DNA of 64,000 nucleotides, taken from positions 1-64,000 of IMG/VR virus record IMGVR_UViG_3300023179_000027, one strand, 5' to 3'. A model generated the notes under the pieces. That model was not told the origin of the DNA, ran no database searches, and worked only from the letters and a program-made list of their open reading frames with translations. The stretch is from a virus. Taxonomy: Duplodnaviria; Caudoviricetes. Shown one piece after another: positions 10,416 through 21,243 of this stretch (positions are counted from its first letter, which is position 1; each line of letters starts with the position of its first letter). The position numbers were made by a program, and so were the translations under genes.

Positions 10416-11273
10416 ATGTTTCCAATTAATGTACCTGAAGTACAATTTTATATAAACAATACATGTAATTTGTCTTGTAGTAATTGTTTAAGCTTCAATA
10501 ACTTTAATTTAAAAGGTTACTTTAAATATAAAGATTATAAAACTAAAAATGAATTATGGCCAAAATATATTTATCCTAATCGTGTATCAATTTTAGGAGG
10601 CGAACCTTATCTTAATCCTGATTTTGAAAATTGGATGATTAATGTTAGAAAATTATGGCCTACGCATAATAACATGACAATATCTACAAATGGAACTTTG
10701 TTTCATAAACTAAAGTATAAAAATTTAGCTAAAAAATCAATAGAAAATAATTATCTTTTAGAAGTAGCTGTACACTATGAAAAAGACTTTGATAACATTT
10801 ATAGAAATGTTAATGAAATATTGCAAGAACTAAAAATAAATTATCGTATCAAAGACGTTGATCCAAATGATTTATATGAGAATAAAATAGTATTTTATAG
10901 TGAATCTACTAATAAACATTTAATATATTTATATAGAAAATACTATTTTATAAAAAATTCAATAACTTCATATAATCAAAAAACTATTAAATTTCATAGT
11001 AATGATGCTAAAACAGTACATGAAAATTGCCCTGCAAAAACCTGTCATTATATTGTTCAAGGTAACTTATACAAATGTCCTGTAGTAGGTACTGGACATT
11101 TATTTGCAAAACAATATACTTTATTGGATGAGAACTTATTTGAAAAATATGAAAGTTGCGATCCTACTATTGATGAATCTTTAATAGAACATTTCCTTCG
11201 TGTGAAAATTAAAAACTATATTCCTCAGTGTAAATTATGTCCTAGTTCACATGCTTTAGAAAAAATTATATGA
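10416..11273 (+). CDS. radical SAM protein (paralog of 9530)
   Basis: CNLSCSNC, GGEP, TNG, C-terminal QCKLCP. Confidence 0.9.
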   Translation: MFPINVPEVQFYINNTCNLSCSNCLSFNNFNLKGYFKYKDYKTKNELWPKYIYPNRVSILGGEPYLNPDFENWMINVRKLWPTHNNMTISTNGTLFHKLKYKNLAKKSIENNYLLEVAVHYEKDFDNIYRNVNEILQELKINYRIKDVDPNDLYENKIVFYSESTNKHLIYLYRKYYFIKNSITSYNQKTIKFHSNDAKTVHENCPAKTCHYIVQGNLYKCPVVGTGHLFAKQYTLLDENLFEKYESCDPTIDESLIEHFLRVKIKNYIPQCKLCPSSHALEKII

Positions 11274-12403
11274 ACGGAAATGTAATATTTTTAGATTACT
11301 TTTATTTTTTGGATGAGGTAAAAGCACATGAAGTAATTGAAAATCAGCTTTTAGAAAATCTTCAAACTTTAGTGTGTTGCTTTATTATAGAAACAATGAA
11401 AGAAAATCAAATTGAAAACCTAAAAAAAAATATACAAATAATATATGAAAAAGCTTTAAAATTACACTATAATAATTTTTTTTTAGTTTTAAATTACCCA
11501 TATATAAGGTATGGACAACTCTCTAATAAGTTTGTTACTTATTATTTTAATACATTTGTGCATACTATATATAATAGTTATAAGTTATATCCATATAAAG
11601 TTAACACCAAATATAATATTAAAAATGAAAAATGTCTTATAATAGGTGGTATTCCTAATAGGATTAATAGAATAACTTTAATTAGTAAAATATTTCAACA
11701 AGGATTTTTGGATAAAATTATATATAGTTTGTTTGAACCTTACAGCGAAACAGTTTTAAAAGACTGTAAAATATACACAAAACATTTATCTGAGGCCGAA
11801 AATGAGAAATTTTTTAGAACTTGTTTTAAACACTTAGACACTGATAAGGTAGACTTTATTGGATTTGAATTAGCAGGTTACACAAAAAATATAGATTATA
11901 CAGTAAACAAAAAACATTATGAAAATAGCTGTATATCAGTGGTACCAGAAACTTTTTACAAAAGTAATGATCCAATAGATGACATTTCAGAAAAAACCTA
12001 TCGTGCGATTTATAATAAACACCCTTTTATTATAGTAGGTACTAAGGGCCTAAGGAAAACATTAGAAAGTTATGGCTTTAAAACGTTTATAGAATATTTA
12101 AAATATGATTATGATAATATAATTGACCCTTACCAAAGAATAGATGCTATAATTGAAAATTTACAATATTTTTTAAATAACAAAAATAAATATATTAATG
12201 AATTAAAAAATGATATTGAATATAATTTCAATATTTTTTGTAAGTTAATCGAAAAAAACAACGAAATTTTACAAGTTTTAGAAAAAAACGGAATTTCTAA
12301 AGTTGATATAGACAAAAATTTTAATTTTGCCAGCCCTGTAAATTTAGTTGAACAACAATATAATATTCACGAAAATTTAGACATTAAACAAAATAAAAAT
12401 TAA
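11270..12403 (+). CDS. hypothetical protein, putative glycosyltransferase-like
   Basis: C-terminal ISVVPET...ISEKT...HPFIIVG...GFKTF motif; GT assignment is inference. Confidence 0.5.
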   Translation: MNGNVIFLDYFYFLDEVKAHEVIENQLLENLQTLVCCFIIETMKENQIENLKKNIQIIYEKALKLHYNNFFLVLNYPYIRYGQLSNKFVTYYFNTFVHTIYNSYKLYPYKVNTKYNIKNEKCLIIGGIPNRINRITLISKIFQQGFLDKIIYSLFEPYSETVLKDCKIYTKHLSEAENEKFFRTCFKHLDTDKVDFIGFELAGYTKNIDYTVNKKHYENSCISVVPETFYKSNDPIDDISEKTYRAIYNKHPFIIVGTKGLRKTLESYGFKTFIEYLKYDYDNIIDPYQRIDAIIENLQYFLNNKNKYINELKNDIEYNFNIFCKLIEKNNEILQVLEKNGISKVDIDKNFNFASPVNLVEQQYNIHENLDIKQNKN

Positions 12404-13197
12404 ATATTTTTATGTAAATTATATTTTTTTAATTCATCAATAAAATTACCTTCGGCTTTTATAGTAATTGAACTAAATGGTATTGGGTTAAAATTACCGT
12501 GCCAATTATGATCATTAAAATATACACAATAACCTTTAAAGGGATAAGATTCTAATATTTTACCATCTTCTATGTCATACACATAAAAATCTCTATTTAG
12601 GTTAAATCTCATCCAAATAAATTCTTGAGCTTTAATTTCTCTTTCTTTCCTAGTATCTTTATCATATGGGAAATAATTAATGTCTGCGTGATAACCAATT
12701 GGCACGTAATGATCTACATAAAATAAAGTTATAGTTTGCAAATCTGTAAATGGTAATTCTTCAAAAAATTTTTTAATATTTGGAAAATTATTAATGCATG
12801 TATTCCATTTGTACGTTTGTTTATTTTCTTCATTGTTTATAACATAACGAAGTTTCATAATTGTGAATGGATCATAAGCATGAAATTTTAACTTGTAAAA
12901 TTTTGCTAATCCATTAATGTCATTTGTTTTTTCAAAATGACTTATATACTTATCTAATTGCTTGTCTGTTTTTCTTAATAATTTTGCTCGATGATGAACA
13001 TAATAAAGTGCATCCTTTTCTCTATAAAATGCATTTTTATGTTCTGGGTTATGATTTCCTGCTACCCATACACCGTCTATTGTATGTTTGTTCTCACTTG
13101 AAACCATAAAATTGAATTCATCTTCTAAATCTAATAATCCTTTAACATTAACATGTTCATCTAAGGTTATATAAGGTGTGTCTTTTCTTAAAATCAT
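12400..13197 (-). CDS. 2OG-Fe(II) oxygenase-like protein
   Basis: HAD...FNDHNWHG HxD/H triad; paralog of 16303. Confidence 0.7.
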   Translation of the reverse strand: MILRKDTPYITLDEHVNVKGLLDLEDEFNFMVSSENKHTIDGVWVAGNHNPEHKNAFYREKDALYYVHHRAKLLRKTDKQLDKYISHFEKTNDINGLAKFYKLKFHAYDPFTIMKLRYVINNEENKQTYKWNTCINNFPNIKKFFEELPFTDLQTITLFYVDHYVPIGYHADINYFPYDKDTRKEREIKAQEFIWMRFNLNRDFYVYDIEDGKILESYPFKGYCVYFNDHNWHGNFNPIPFSSITIKAEGNFIDELKKYNLHKNI

Positions 13198-13228
13198 TTC
13201 ACATAATTATCCTTTATAAATATTATTT

Positions 13229-13801
13229 ATGAGTGAATATACATATATTTTAAATTGTAATAATTTCCTTAATTGTGATCAGTTATTAGAAGAAATAAAA
13301 CATAAAGAAGGGGTACTAAGGAATGCAAAAACTCCATATGGAAATCCAAAGTTGTTTAATCATCCTATACACGGACCAAAAATAATTGAATTGGGAAATT
13401 ATTGGAAAGATGCTGGATATTTAGATAATGATTCTGTTGAGTATATTAATTATTTTCCTAAACAACATTTTGACATATTATACGTTGAAAAATTAAATGA
13501 ATTATTAAAAACTAATCCAGTAAGAGTATGGATTAGTTCAATTAAACCAGGAAAATGTGTGCCATGGCATTACGATATTGAAGAGAAGGAAGATGAATAT
13601 CTAAAATTAGGTAAAGTTGCACGTTATAGTATTTTTATAGATAAACCAACTGTTGGTAAAATTTTTATACTACAACACGATGTGTTTCATATGATTGAAC
13701 AAGGTAATATTTATAAATGGAAAAATTGGAAAGATTATCATTTAGGATTTAATTGTGGTAACTCAACTAAATATTTGTTACACTATATTGGGATAGAATG
13801 A
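13229..13801 (+). CDS. 2OG-Fe(II) oxygenase-like protein
   Basis: PGKCVPWHYD...YHLGFNCG. Confidence 0.75.
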   Translation: MSEYTYILNCNNFLNCDQLLEEIKHKEGVLRNAKTPYGNPKLFNHPIHGPKIIELGNYWKDAGYLDNDSVEYINYFPKQHFDILYVEKLNELLKTNPVRVWISSIKPGKCVPWHYDIEEKEDEYLKLGKVARYSIFIDKPTVGKIFILQHDVFHMIEQGNIYKWKNWKDYHLGFNCGNSTKYLLHYIGIE

Positions 13802-14446
13802 TTAAATAATAGTTCCATCTTTTAGTTTTAGTAAAACAGAATCATTATCTGTTTGCCAAACATATTCATACTCCAGTGGTTCTTTAAGTCTTAAACCTCT
13901 ATATATAAAAAGAGCTTTGTATGTAAATCCTGCATTCGCCCCTGCGTGTTCTGCCATATGATCATCCCATTTATATAAATTTCCTTCCTCCTGCATATAC
14001 ATAGCTACATTTTCAACCATAAAAATATGCCCTATTTCTGGTTTACCTAAATGTAATGAGTATCTTTCAAGATTTCCAAACTTCAATAACTCAGATTCTC
14101 TGTTATCAAAATCTCTATGCCTAGTTGCTGTGATACCAGGTCTTACACGATTTATCCAACATTGAGTACATACGGTACCTAATAATTTATCCAAAAAATA
14201 AACTATATCTTCTGAAAAATGTGTATTAGGATATAGTGTAAAATTATCCCAAATTGGATCTTTTAATCCAGCATCCTTTACTTTTTTAACAAATTCTAAT
14301 GTTTCTTTGGAATTATCATATAGAGGTTTACCATCCTCGTCGTACATTCTTATTATATCTCTATGACCAAGTGTTAAATCATTTACTGACTTCATTATGT
14401 CAGACAAATTAAATTTTTTACTTATATTTTCTAGGAAAACAGCCAT
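13802..14446 (-). CDS. 2OG-Fe(II) oxygenase-like protein
   Basis: PGITATRHRD...EHAGANAG. Confidence 0.75.
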   Translation of the reverse strand: MAVFLENISKKFNLSDIMKSVNDLTLGHRDIIRMYDEDGKPLYDNSKETLEFVKKVKDAGLKDPIWDNFTLYPNTHFSEDIVYFLDKLLGTVCTQCWINRVRPGITATRHRDFDNRESELLKFGNLERYSLHLGKPEIGHIFMVENVAMYMQEEGNLYKWDDHMAEHAGANAGFTYKALFIYRGLRLKEPLEYEYVWQTDNDSVLLKLKDGTII

Positions 14447-15048
14447 TCATGATCCTTCCAAAGTATTATACAACCATTTTCATTGTTTTCGGTCCACCAG
14501 TCATATTCAATTTTTCTGTTGTCATGGAATTTTATTCCTTTATAAGACAATAAATATTTTTTACATAATCCTGCGTTTATACCGGCATGCCATGCATCAG
14601 GATCATCCCAGATATATGTATTTCCATGTTTTTCCATGTAGTGGCATGTATTATCAACAAAAAATGCATGTCCAAATTTGGGTTCACCTAAATGAATATG
14701 AAATCTTTTATAAATACCTTCTGATTTAAATTTTTTTTCTCTAGGTTCAATATCTTGGTGAGGCGGGGCTACATTCCCAACATCAATTTCGCTAATATTA
14801 AAACCACAGCATATAGTTCCGAAAATCTCATCTAATTCAAAAATTAATTCTTTTGGAACATGAATATGTGCCCAATAACTTACACCAATCCAAGCAGGAT
14901 CCTCATATCCTGCTTTTATTAACTTAGAATGACTATCTCTTTCATTTGGATGATTAATAATTAAGTTTTCTATCCATCCATCTCTTAAATTGTTTAAATT
15001 GATATACTTATCTACAATAGAGGCATAGTTACCAACAAAAGTACTCAT
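14431..15048 (-). CDS. 2OG-Fe(II) oxygenase-like protein
   Basis: GNVAPPHQD...WHAGINAG. Confidence 0.75.
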   Translation of the reverse strand: MSTFVGNYASIVDKYINLNNLRDGWIENLIINHPNERDSHSKLIKAGYEDPAWIGVSYWAHIHVPKELIFELDEIFGTICCGFNISEIDVGNVAPPHQDIEPREKKFKSEGIYKRFHIHLGEPKFGHAFFVDNTCHYMEKHGNTYIWDDPDAWHAGINAGLCKKYLLSYKGIKFHDNRKIEYDWWTENNENGCIILWKDHEWLFS

Positions 15049-15665
15049 AATTCATAATCCCAATTAATACAATATTCTTTACAATCTCCTAATGTTTCGT
15101 CAATAAAATCCCACCTATAATTTATGTCTATTGGTTCAAATAATTCTACACCGTTATAAATTAAATTAAATTTTGGCTTAAAGCCAACATTTCCTGCACT
15201 ATGTAATTGATTGGGAGTCCATTTATAACAATCACCATGGTTTTGCATATAATTAACTTTATTATCAATAAAAAATACATGCCCAAAGCTTGGGTCACCA
15301 ATATGAATATTATAAGTAACAAGTTTTCCTAGTTTTTTTATTTTAACGAATCTAGGGTCATGATCTCTATGTGGCGGGAAAACTTTACCAACTGGTATTT
15401 CATTTATCCATGCAGCTATTACTTTTGTTTTAAAGACATTATCTAACTCATATATTAATTCTTTAGAAAAATGTACATTAGGGAAATAGTTTATTCCTAT
15501 CCATTTAAATCCAACGTAACCTGCTTCAAATAACATATCACTCTGTTCGTCCCCTATTATTCTTTTTGATTCATCAAGAATAAGTTCATCTCTAATGCCG
15601 TTAATTAATTTTGATATGTCAATATATTTGTCTATAATATGTGACAAATTACCAAAATATTCCAT
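15045..15665 (-). CDS. 2OG-Fe(II) oxygenase-like protein
   Basis: GKVFPPHRD...LHSAGNVG. Confidence 0.75.
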   Translation of the reverse strand: MEYFGNLSHIIDKYIDISKLINGIRDELILDESKRIIGDEQSDMLFEAGYVGFKWIGINYFPNVHFSKELIYELDNVFKTKVIAAWINEIPVGKVFPPHRDHDPRFVKIKKLGKLVTYNIHIGDPSFGHVFFIDNKVNYMQNHGDCYKWTPNQLHSAGNVGFKPKFNLIYNGVELFEPIDINYRWDFIDETLGDCKEYCINWDYEL

Positions 15666-15691
15666 TATAAAACTCCCTTATAAATATTCTT

Positions 15692-16306
15692 ATGATTTCA
15701 AAGATATTTAGTTCACTTACATATGATTTTTATAAAAGCAACCCAATTACAAAGTTAAATTTCATAAAAAATATAAACGGTTTTCTACCTGATAATATCA
15801 TAGATCAATTTGAAAATCATAACTGGAATCTTGTTCCTACGAGAAACTTTGATACTATTAAAAATTTTGTTGAAAGTAATAATAAAGATTTTGTAAATCT
15901 ATCACATTTTAATCACTTTGTTTCTACAAATATATGCCAATGGAAAATTACAAATTATTCTACTATAATAGGTAATGATGATTTCATAAATTTTTTAAAT
16001 TCAAAATTTATAAAATATAAAGTATGGGTAACTCAAATACCTCCAGGATGTTGTATACCAAATCATATTGATACTGTCGATGAATTTATTGAATCTAATA
16101 ATATAGACAAATCTAATATAATGAAAATAAAACGTTATCTTATTTTACCAGAAGATATTAAACCATGGCATCATTTATGGTATGGAAATACAATTTTATC
16201 CACTGGATTAAAGGGAGATATGTATGAATTTGATTTTTGGTTAGCACATGGCGGTGGAAATTTAGGACCAACCAACAAATATACTATTCAAATAATGGCA
16301 ATTTAA
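15692..16306 (+). CDS. 2OG-Fe(II) oxygenase-like protein
   Basis: PGCCIPNHID...AHGGGNLG. Confidence 0.75.
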   Translation: MISKIFSSLTYDFYKSNPITKLNFIKNINGFLPDNIIDQFENHNWNLVPTRNFDTIKNFVESNNKDFVNLSHFNHFVSTNICQWKITNYSTIIGNDDFINFLNSKFIKYKVWVTQIPPGCCIPNHIDTVDEFIESNNIDKSNIMKIKRYLILPEDIKPWHHLWYGNTILSTGLKGDMYEFDFWLAHGGGNLGPTNKYTIQIMAI

Positions 16307-17091
16307 TAATTTTCTAAATGGTCTATGCCTAATTTTTGTCTAAATTCTTCTGTAAAAACACCATCTATTCTAATGCCATAAGTCTGTACAGGACTTGAAC
16401 TTCCGCTATGCCAATCTAAATCGTTAAACCAACATGCTCTTGAATTTATTTTAAGTCTTTCGTTTGTGTCTGGGTCCCATAAAAATAATCCTTTATTGTT
16501 GTCAGGGGTAATGTGTATAAATTCATGTCTGTGTGGGGTGTAAGAAAATGCATCACCTTGATATAAGTCTCTATGTATGCCAGGTCTTGTGTCATGTTCT
16601 TGTTTAAAGAAAATAATTCGTCCTAAATGTTTGAAAATATTGTCTTTGACAAGATTTTCTAACCATATTTTAAGATTAGGAAAATATACTATATCTGGAG
16701 TATAATCTTTTTCTTCAAATCTACTATCCCATCCACCTGATTCAGTCTTTAAAAAAACAAACTGGTAGGCATCATATGCACCTAATACTAGTTTTAAATA
16801 TAATATAAACTGGTCACGGTTTTTGTGCAATCCACCTAATTTTTCTCCTTGAATTTTTATTGGATCATTATTTGGTAATTTGTTATATTCCTCTATCGCA
16901 TAATAAGTCCATTTACGATATCCGTAGTCAGGGCTAGTCTCAGCTCCCGCACATACATACAAATTTCCTTCTTTTTTGTGCTTTGATAATACTAATCCAG
17001 CACAAATTTCAGGATGCAATTTTAAAAAACCTTCTATATCGATTAGGTTATCTAAATCGTAATATGGTTTGCCATTTATACCTTTTATCAT
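16303..17091 (-). CDS. 2OG-Fe(II) oxygenase-like protein
   Basis: PGIHRD...WFNDLDWHSG...IRIDG. Confidence 0.7.
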   Translation of the reverse strand: MIKGINGKPYYDLDNLIDIEGFLKLHPEICAGLVLSKHKKEGNLYVCAGAETSPDYGYRKWTYYAIEEYNKLPNNDPIKIQGEKLGGLHKNRDQFILYLKLVLGAYDAYQFVFLKTESGGWDSRFEEKDYTPDIVYFPNLKIWLENLVKDNIFKHLGRIIFFKQEHDTRPGIHRDLYQGDAFSYTPHRHEFIHITPDNNKGLFLWDPDTNERLKINSRACWFNDLDWHSGSSSPVQTYGIRIDGVFTEEFRQKLGIDHLENY

Positions 17092-17771
17092 AAAATAACA
17101 TAATCCTTGTTAATTAATTTAAGTTTATCTATTATATCATTTAAAGTATGTTGTTCACATTCTATTAAAATTTCTCCATTTACAAAATCAAAAAAACCAA
17201 TTTCTTTCTGTTTAATTTTATGTGATATTATAGGAGAAATTTCATTGTCAAAATCATATCTAAATTTGTCATAAACTTTAACAAATTTTATTTTTTTAAG
17301 TTTAAAGTTAATATTTGTGTTTTTAATTAACCTTACCCTTACTACTAACTGAATTCTATCAAAGGATCCAAAATTTGCAGCAACGTGTTTATGACTTGCG
17401 TCCATATAATAAACAAAATTATCACTAATTGTTTTATATAAAGTCTGTGTGTCGAGGTCTATTAAGTAACTTTGGTCATTTCCTATTATATTAATATGTA
17501 ATCTGTCATCAACATCCGTATGTGAACGATAACAGGTTCCAGGTTGTAATTTAATAAGTCTTGCCTCACCAATAGGGTAGGTGTTTGATAACATATTTAA
17601 AAGTTCTTCAAATCCTGTATTTTTCCATAAATCCTTCATTATATATGGATCATATAGCCAATTACCTATAGGAGAATTTAATTGGCATCTATTTTTTTCA
17701 TCCCATTTTATATTATTTAACAATGGAATTAAATCATTTACGTTATAATATAAATTTGTTTTAGTTAGCAT
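17088..17771 (-). CDS. aspartyl/asparaginyl beta-hydroxylase-like oxygenase
   Basis: LQPGTCYRSHTD..RLH...HVAANFGSFDRIQLV. Confidence 0.75.
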   Translation of the reverse strand: MLTKTNLYYNVNDLIPLLNNIKWDEKNRCQLNSPIGNWLYDPYIMKDLWKNTGFEELLNMLSNTYPIGEARLIKLQPGTCYRSHTDVDDRLHINIIGNDQSYLIDLDTQTLYKTISDNFVYYMDASHKHVAANFGSFDRIQLVVRVRLIKNTNINFKLKKIKFVKVYDKFRYDFDNEISPIISHKIKQKEIGFFDFVNGEILIECEQHTLNDIIDKLKLINKDYVIL

Positions 17772-18453
17772 AAATTTTTATAGCGGAATTTATAAAATCA
17801 TTTGGATAATTAGAGCGGAATGATTCAAAACATAATATTTGTAGTTTTTTATAACATATTTTATCTTCCCATTTTATATTAAGTGCTGCCATAATATCTT
17901 TCATTTTTTCTTGTCTTTCTAAACTAATGTGACTTCTGTGCTCCTCCAAAGTAACAATAGGTTCATTAGATTCATATGTAAAAAAATAATTTATGCTCTT
18001 TAATTTATCATTAACTATAAAATAACTGCTAGGGTGCAGACTAAATTTATACCATCCTAAGTCTCTATAAAGTTGTAATATATGAAGCATTTGATCCTGC
18101 CAATCAGGAACTATTTTATTATAGTTTGTTTCCTGACAATTGGCTTTTTCCCAAAAATCGTCTCCTTGAATTTCAAAATAAATTTTCTGTTGTAAATCAT
18201 CTATTTTTATAATTTTTGGAATTAAATTTGAATTAATTTTCTCTAATTTTCTTAAAAAATATACCTCACGATCAAATTTTTTACGCATCAGAGAGGGATC
18301 TATAACTTGGTTTCGTCCTTTATGGTATTCTGTATCGTTGTGAAACCATTTTAAAAATATAGTTTTTTCTCTGTTTATTAAACTTGTATAAACCAAATTA
18401 TTTCTAACTTTTCCTAAATTTGGCACATTATTGTAATAGTATTCAAATTCCAT
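17761..18453 (-). CDS. protein kinase-like fold protein (degenerate)
   Basis: FDREVYFL, LIPKII, IYFE, SLHPSSY, SINYFF in kinase-like order. Confidence 0.45.
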   Translation of the reverse strand: MEFEYYYNNVPNLGKVRNNLVYTSLINREKTIFLKWFHNDTEYHKGRNQVIDPSLMRKKFDREVYFLRKLEKINSNLIPKIIKIDDLQQKIYFEIQGDDFWEKANCQETNYNKIVPDWQDQMLHILQLYRDLGWYKFSLHPSSYFIVNDKLKSINYFFTYESNEPIVTLEEHRSHISLERQEKMKDIMAALNIKWEDKICYKKLQILCFESFRSNYPNDFINSAIKIYAN

Positions 18454-18493
18454 AATATATTTATAATATTATTGTTTTAGTAAATAATTGTAC

Positions 18494-19780
18494 ATGAAAA
18501 AACTTCGTAATTTAGACCAAGGTAAATTTTTACATACCATTTATGAAAACTCTCAAATAAATAAGCCTCGGGTAATTACATTAGGATCTAAAATTATTTA
18601 CAGCAGTTCCGACACTATTGAATATAATTTTTTTGATTTTCATGAGGATCATTACAAAAACACAGCTTTTGAAAAAATTAATGACCCATATTTAATTATA
18701 ACCGGTTTCGGAACATTGCCAAATTTAGAAAAATTACTTTACGATGATTTACATGTGCAACATTTCAATAATGTAGGTTTGACGATTTATCTACAAGAAG
18801 TATTGGTAATAAGTTATTATGAAAAAAAACCAATTATGGTATGTAATTATGAAAATTTGTCTGATAATGAATTAAATGAATTAAGAAATATTGTATATGG
18901 GTCAAGGAGCAAAATTAATTATGAAAATATGTTTTCAGCAGAATTTGAAAGCATTAAAGTATTTGTAGATAATAACAAATTAACCAATGTCACTATAAAA
19001 ACATACGAAAAGAATGCAGATAAGTTTTTGCAAAAATTCTATCCAAATTTTAAAATTTCCAATCACAATATTTGGAGTGATTATGTTATGTCATTGGATT
19101 TTGAATATACTCCTTTCAGTTTAAATAGTCAACATATTATAAAGCATTTTTATAGTCCTACAAGGAGATATATGCCTGAGAGACATTTATTAACAGCGCA
19201 TTTACTAAAAAAGAGTGCTTACTTGTCTTTTCTTAGTTTGGGTGAGATACCAACAATTGAAAATTTGAAAAAATATTTATGGTTTGATTTGGAGGAATGT
19301 ACATCAAATTATACTCATATTTTTGAAAATTTAAAAATTATTGAAAAAATCTTTCCAATTACTTTAGATGAAGATAAGTCATTATTAAATATATCACCTT
19401 GTTCTTTTAAAAATTTATTACCTTTAGAGTATATGCAAAATTCTTTTTGCCATGTAGTAGCTCAAACAAGATTTGTAAGTCCATTTAGTATATCAGATGA
19501 AAGAGTAAGGCAAACTATGTTAGCCTGTCGACCCTTTATAATACTTGGTCCTCCTCATTCGCTTGAATTTATACGTGATCAGGGTTATAAAACATTTAAT
19601 AACTTTTTTGACGAAACCTACGATAATTTAGAAGATCATAAAGAAAGATTATTTGCTATTTTTGATTTGTTAAATAGTATTGAAACTTTTACTATTGATA
19701 AATGCAGGAAGTTGCTAGAAAAAATGCAAGTTGTGTTAGAACATAATTTTAATCATATCCCATATAATAAATTTAAATGA
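18494..19780 (+). CDS. hypothetical protein, same family as 11270 (glycosyltransferase-like)
   Basis: RPFIILG...GYKTF..FFDETYD C-terminal motif; ATG 18494 follows TAAATA. Confidence 0.5.
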   Translation: MKKLRNLDQGKFLHTIYENSQINKPRVITLGSKIIYSSSDTIEYNFFDFHEDHYKNTAFEKINDPYLIITGFGTLPNLEKLLYDDLHVQHFNNVGLTIYLQEVLVISYYEKKPIMVCNYENLSDNELNELRNIVYGSRSKINYENMFSAEFESIKVFVDNNKLTNVTIKTYEKNADKFLQKFYPNFKISNHNIWSDYVMSLDFEYTPFSLNSQHIIKHFYSPTRRYMPERHLLTAHLLKKSAYLSFLSLGEIPTIENLKKYLWFDLEECTSNYTHIFENLKIIEKIFPITLDEDKSLLNISPCSFKNLLPLEYMQNSFCHVVAQTRFVSPFSISDERVRQTMLACRPFIILGPPHSLEFIRDQGYKTFNNFFDETYDNLEDHKERLFAIFDLLNSIETFTIDKCRKLLEKMQVVLEHNFNHIPYNKFK

Positions 19781-21243
19781 ATGCCTTAATTTTTACTGGG
19801 TATGAAAACTCACATGGACTAGAGAGAGTGGGCGGAGCATATAGAATATCAACATATTTAAGACCATATGGTTGGAATGTTGAAGTAATAGATTTCTTTT
19901 ATATTTGGGACCTACTTGAATTAATGCAACTTATTGATAAGCGTAATAAACAAGAAAGAATCGAATGGATAGGATTCAGTATAACTTGGTTAAATTATGC
20001 TAGCGAAAACACTCATAAAAAATTAATAGAAATATTAAGCCATGTCAGAAAATATTTTAAACACATTAAAATAATTGCGGGTGGACAAAATCCAAATTTA
20101 GAGTTACAAATTTATAATGATGTTGATTACATCATAAAAGGTTTCGGTGAAGTAGCTATATTAGAATTACTTAAATACTTATATAGTAACGGAAAAAAAC
20201 CAAAAGGAATTCCATGGAAAAATAGTTGGATAATTGATGCTAATGCATTTTATCAAGCATGGCCAATTAAAGATTTATCAATTGAATATCAACCAAATGA
20301 TTTTATTTTTCCAAACGAAACATTAACGCTTGAATTTAGTAGAGGATGCAAATTTGCCTGTGCTTTTTGTAACTTTCCTGTGTTGGGAGTAAAAGAAGAT
20401 ACCACAGTAGATTTAACAATTTTAGAAAATGATTTGCGAAGAAATTATGATTTATACGGTGTAACTAATTATCAAGTAGCTGATGAAACACTTAATGATA
20501 GAGATGAAAAACTTATTAATATAGGTAATATTGTTAACAGATTAAGTTTTGAACCAAATTTTAGTGCATTTATAAGAGGAGATATTTTATTTTTAAGACA
20601 ACAACAATTAGAAATGTTAGTAAATGCCAGAGTATGGGGACATTATTATGGTATAGAAACCTTTAATCATGAAACAGGCAAAATAATAGGTAAAGGATTA
20701 CATCCAGATAAAATTAAGCAAGGGTTATTAACAACAAAGGAATACTTTTATAAACATTTAGGTTTATATAGAGGAACAGTAAGTTTAATATATGGATTAC
20801 CAAAAGAAACTATTCAAACAATTACAGAAGCCCAACAGTGGCTAAAAAATAATTGGGAGGATAATGCAACAATTATTTTTCCTTTCACAATCACTATCAA
20901 TGGTAAAAAATCAAAAATTGATGAGAATTTAGAAAAGTATAATTATAAAATATTAAGTATTGAAAATCGTGATTATTACAATCCAGGTAATAGTTTTTTT
21001 GCAGGGCAGTATATAATTTGGGAAAATCCTGATATGAATTTTAATGATGCAGTAAGATTAGCTAATTTAAAGCTAAATGTAAATGGGTATGATTTACCCG
21101 ATAGCTGGCTCCTATTTTCATTATTTCCATTAGTTGATAATATGCAAAATGCTCTGTTATATAATCTTGAATCAGAATTAAAAATAAATAAAAAAGGAAA
21201 AACAATTAAAAGAGATTACGTTCAAAAAAAATTGGGTATATGA
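19777..21243 (+). CDS. B12-binding-domain radical SAM protein
   Basis: GFS...IIAGG...GFGE N-domain; SRGCKFACAFC; GIET. Confidence 0.85.
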   Translation: MNALIFTGYENSHGLERVGGAYRISTYLRPYGWNVEVIDFFYIWDLLELMQLIDKRNKQERIEWIGFSITWLNYASENTHKKLIEILSHVRKYFKHIKIIAGGQNPNLELQIYNDVDYIIKGFGEVAILELLKYLYSNGKKPKGIPWKNSWIIDANAFYQAWPIKDLSIEYQPNDFIFPNETLTLEFSRGCKFACAFCNFPVLGVKEDTTVDLTILENDLRRNYDLYGVTNYQVADETLNDRDEKLINIGNIVNRLSFEPNFSAFIRGDILFLRQQQLEMLVNARVWGHYYGIETFNHETGKIIGKGLHPDKIKQGLLTTKEYFYKHLGLYRGTVSLIYGLPKETIQTITEAQQWLKNNWEDNATIIFPFTITINGKKSKIDENLEKYNYKILSIENRDYYNPGNSFFAGQYIIWENPDMNFNDAVRLANLKLNVNGYDLPDSWLLFSLFPLVDNMQNALLYNLESELKINKKGKTIKRDYVQKKLGI

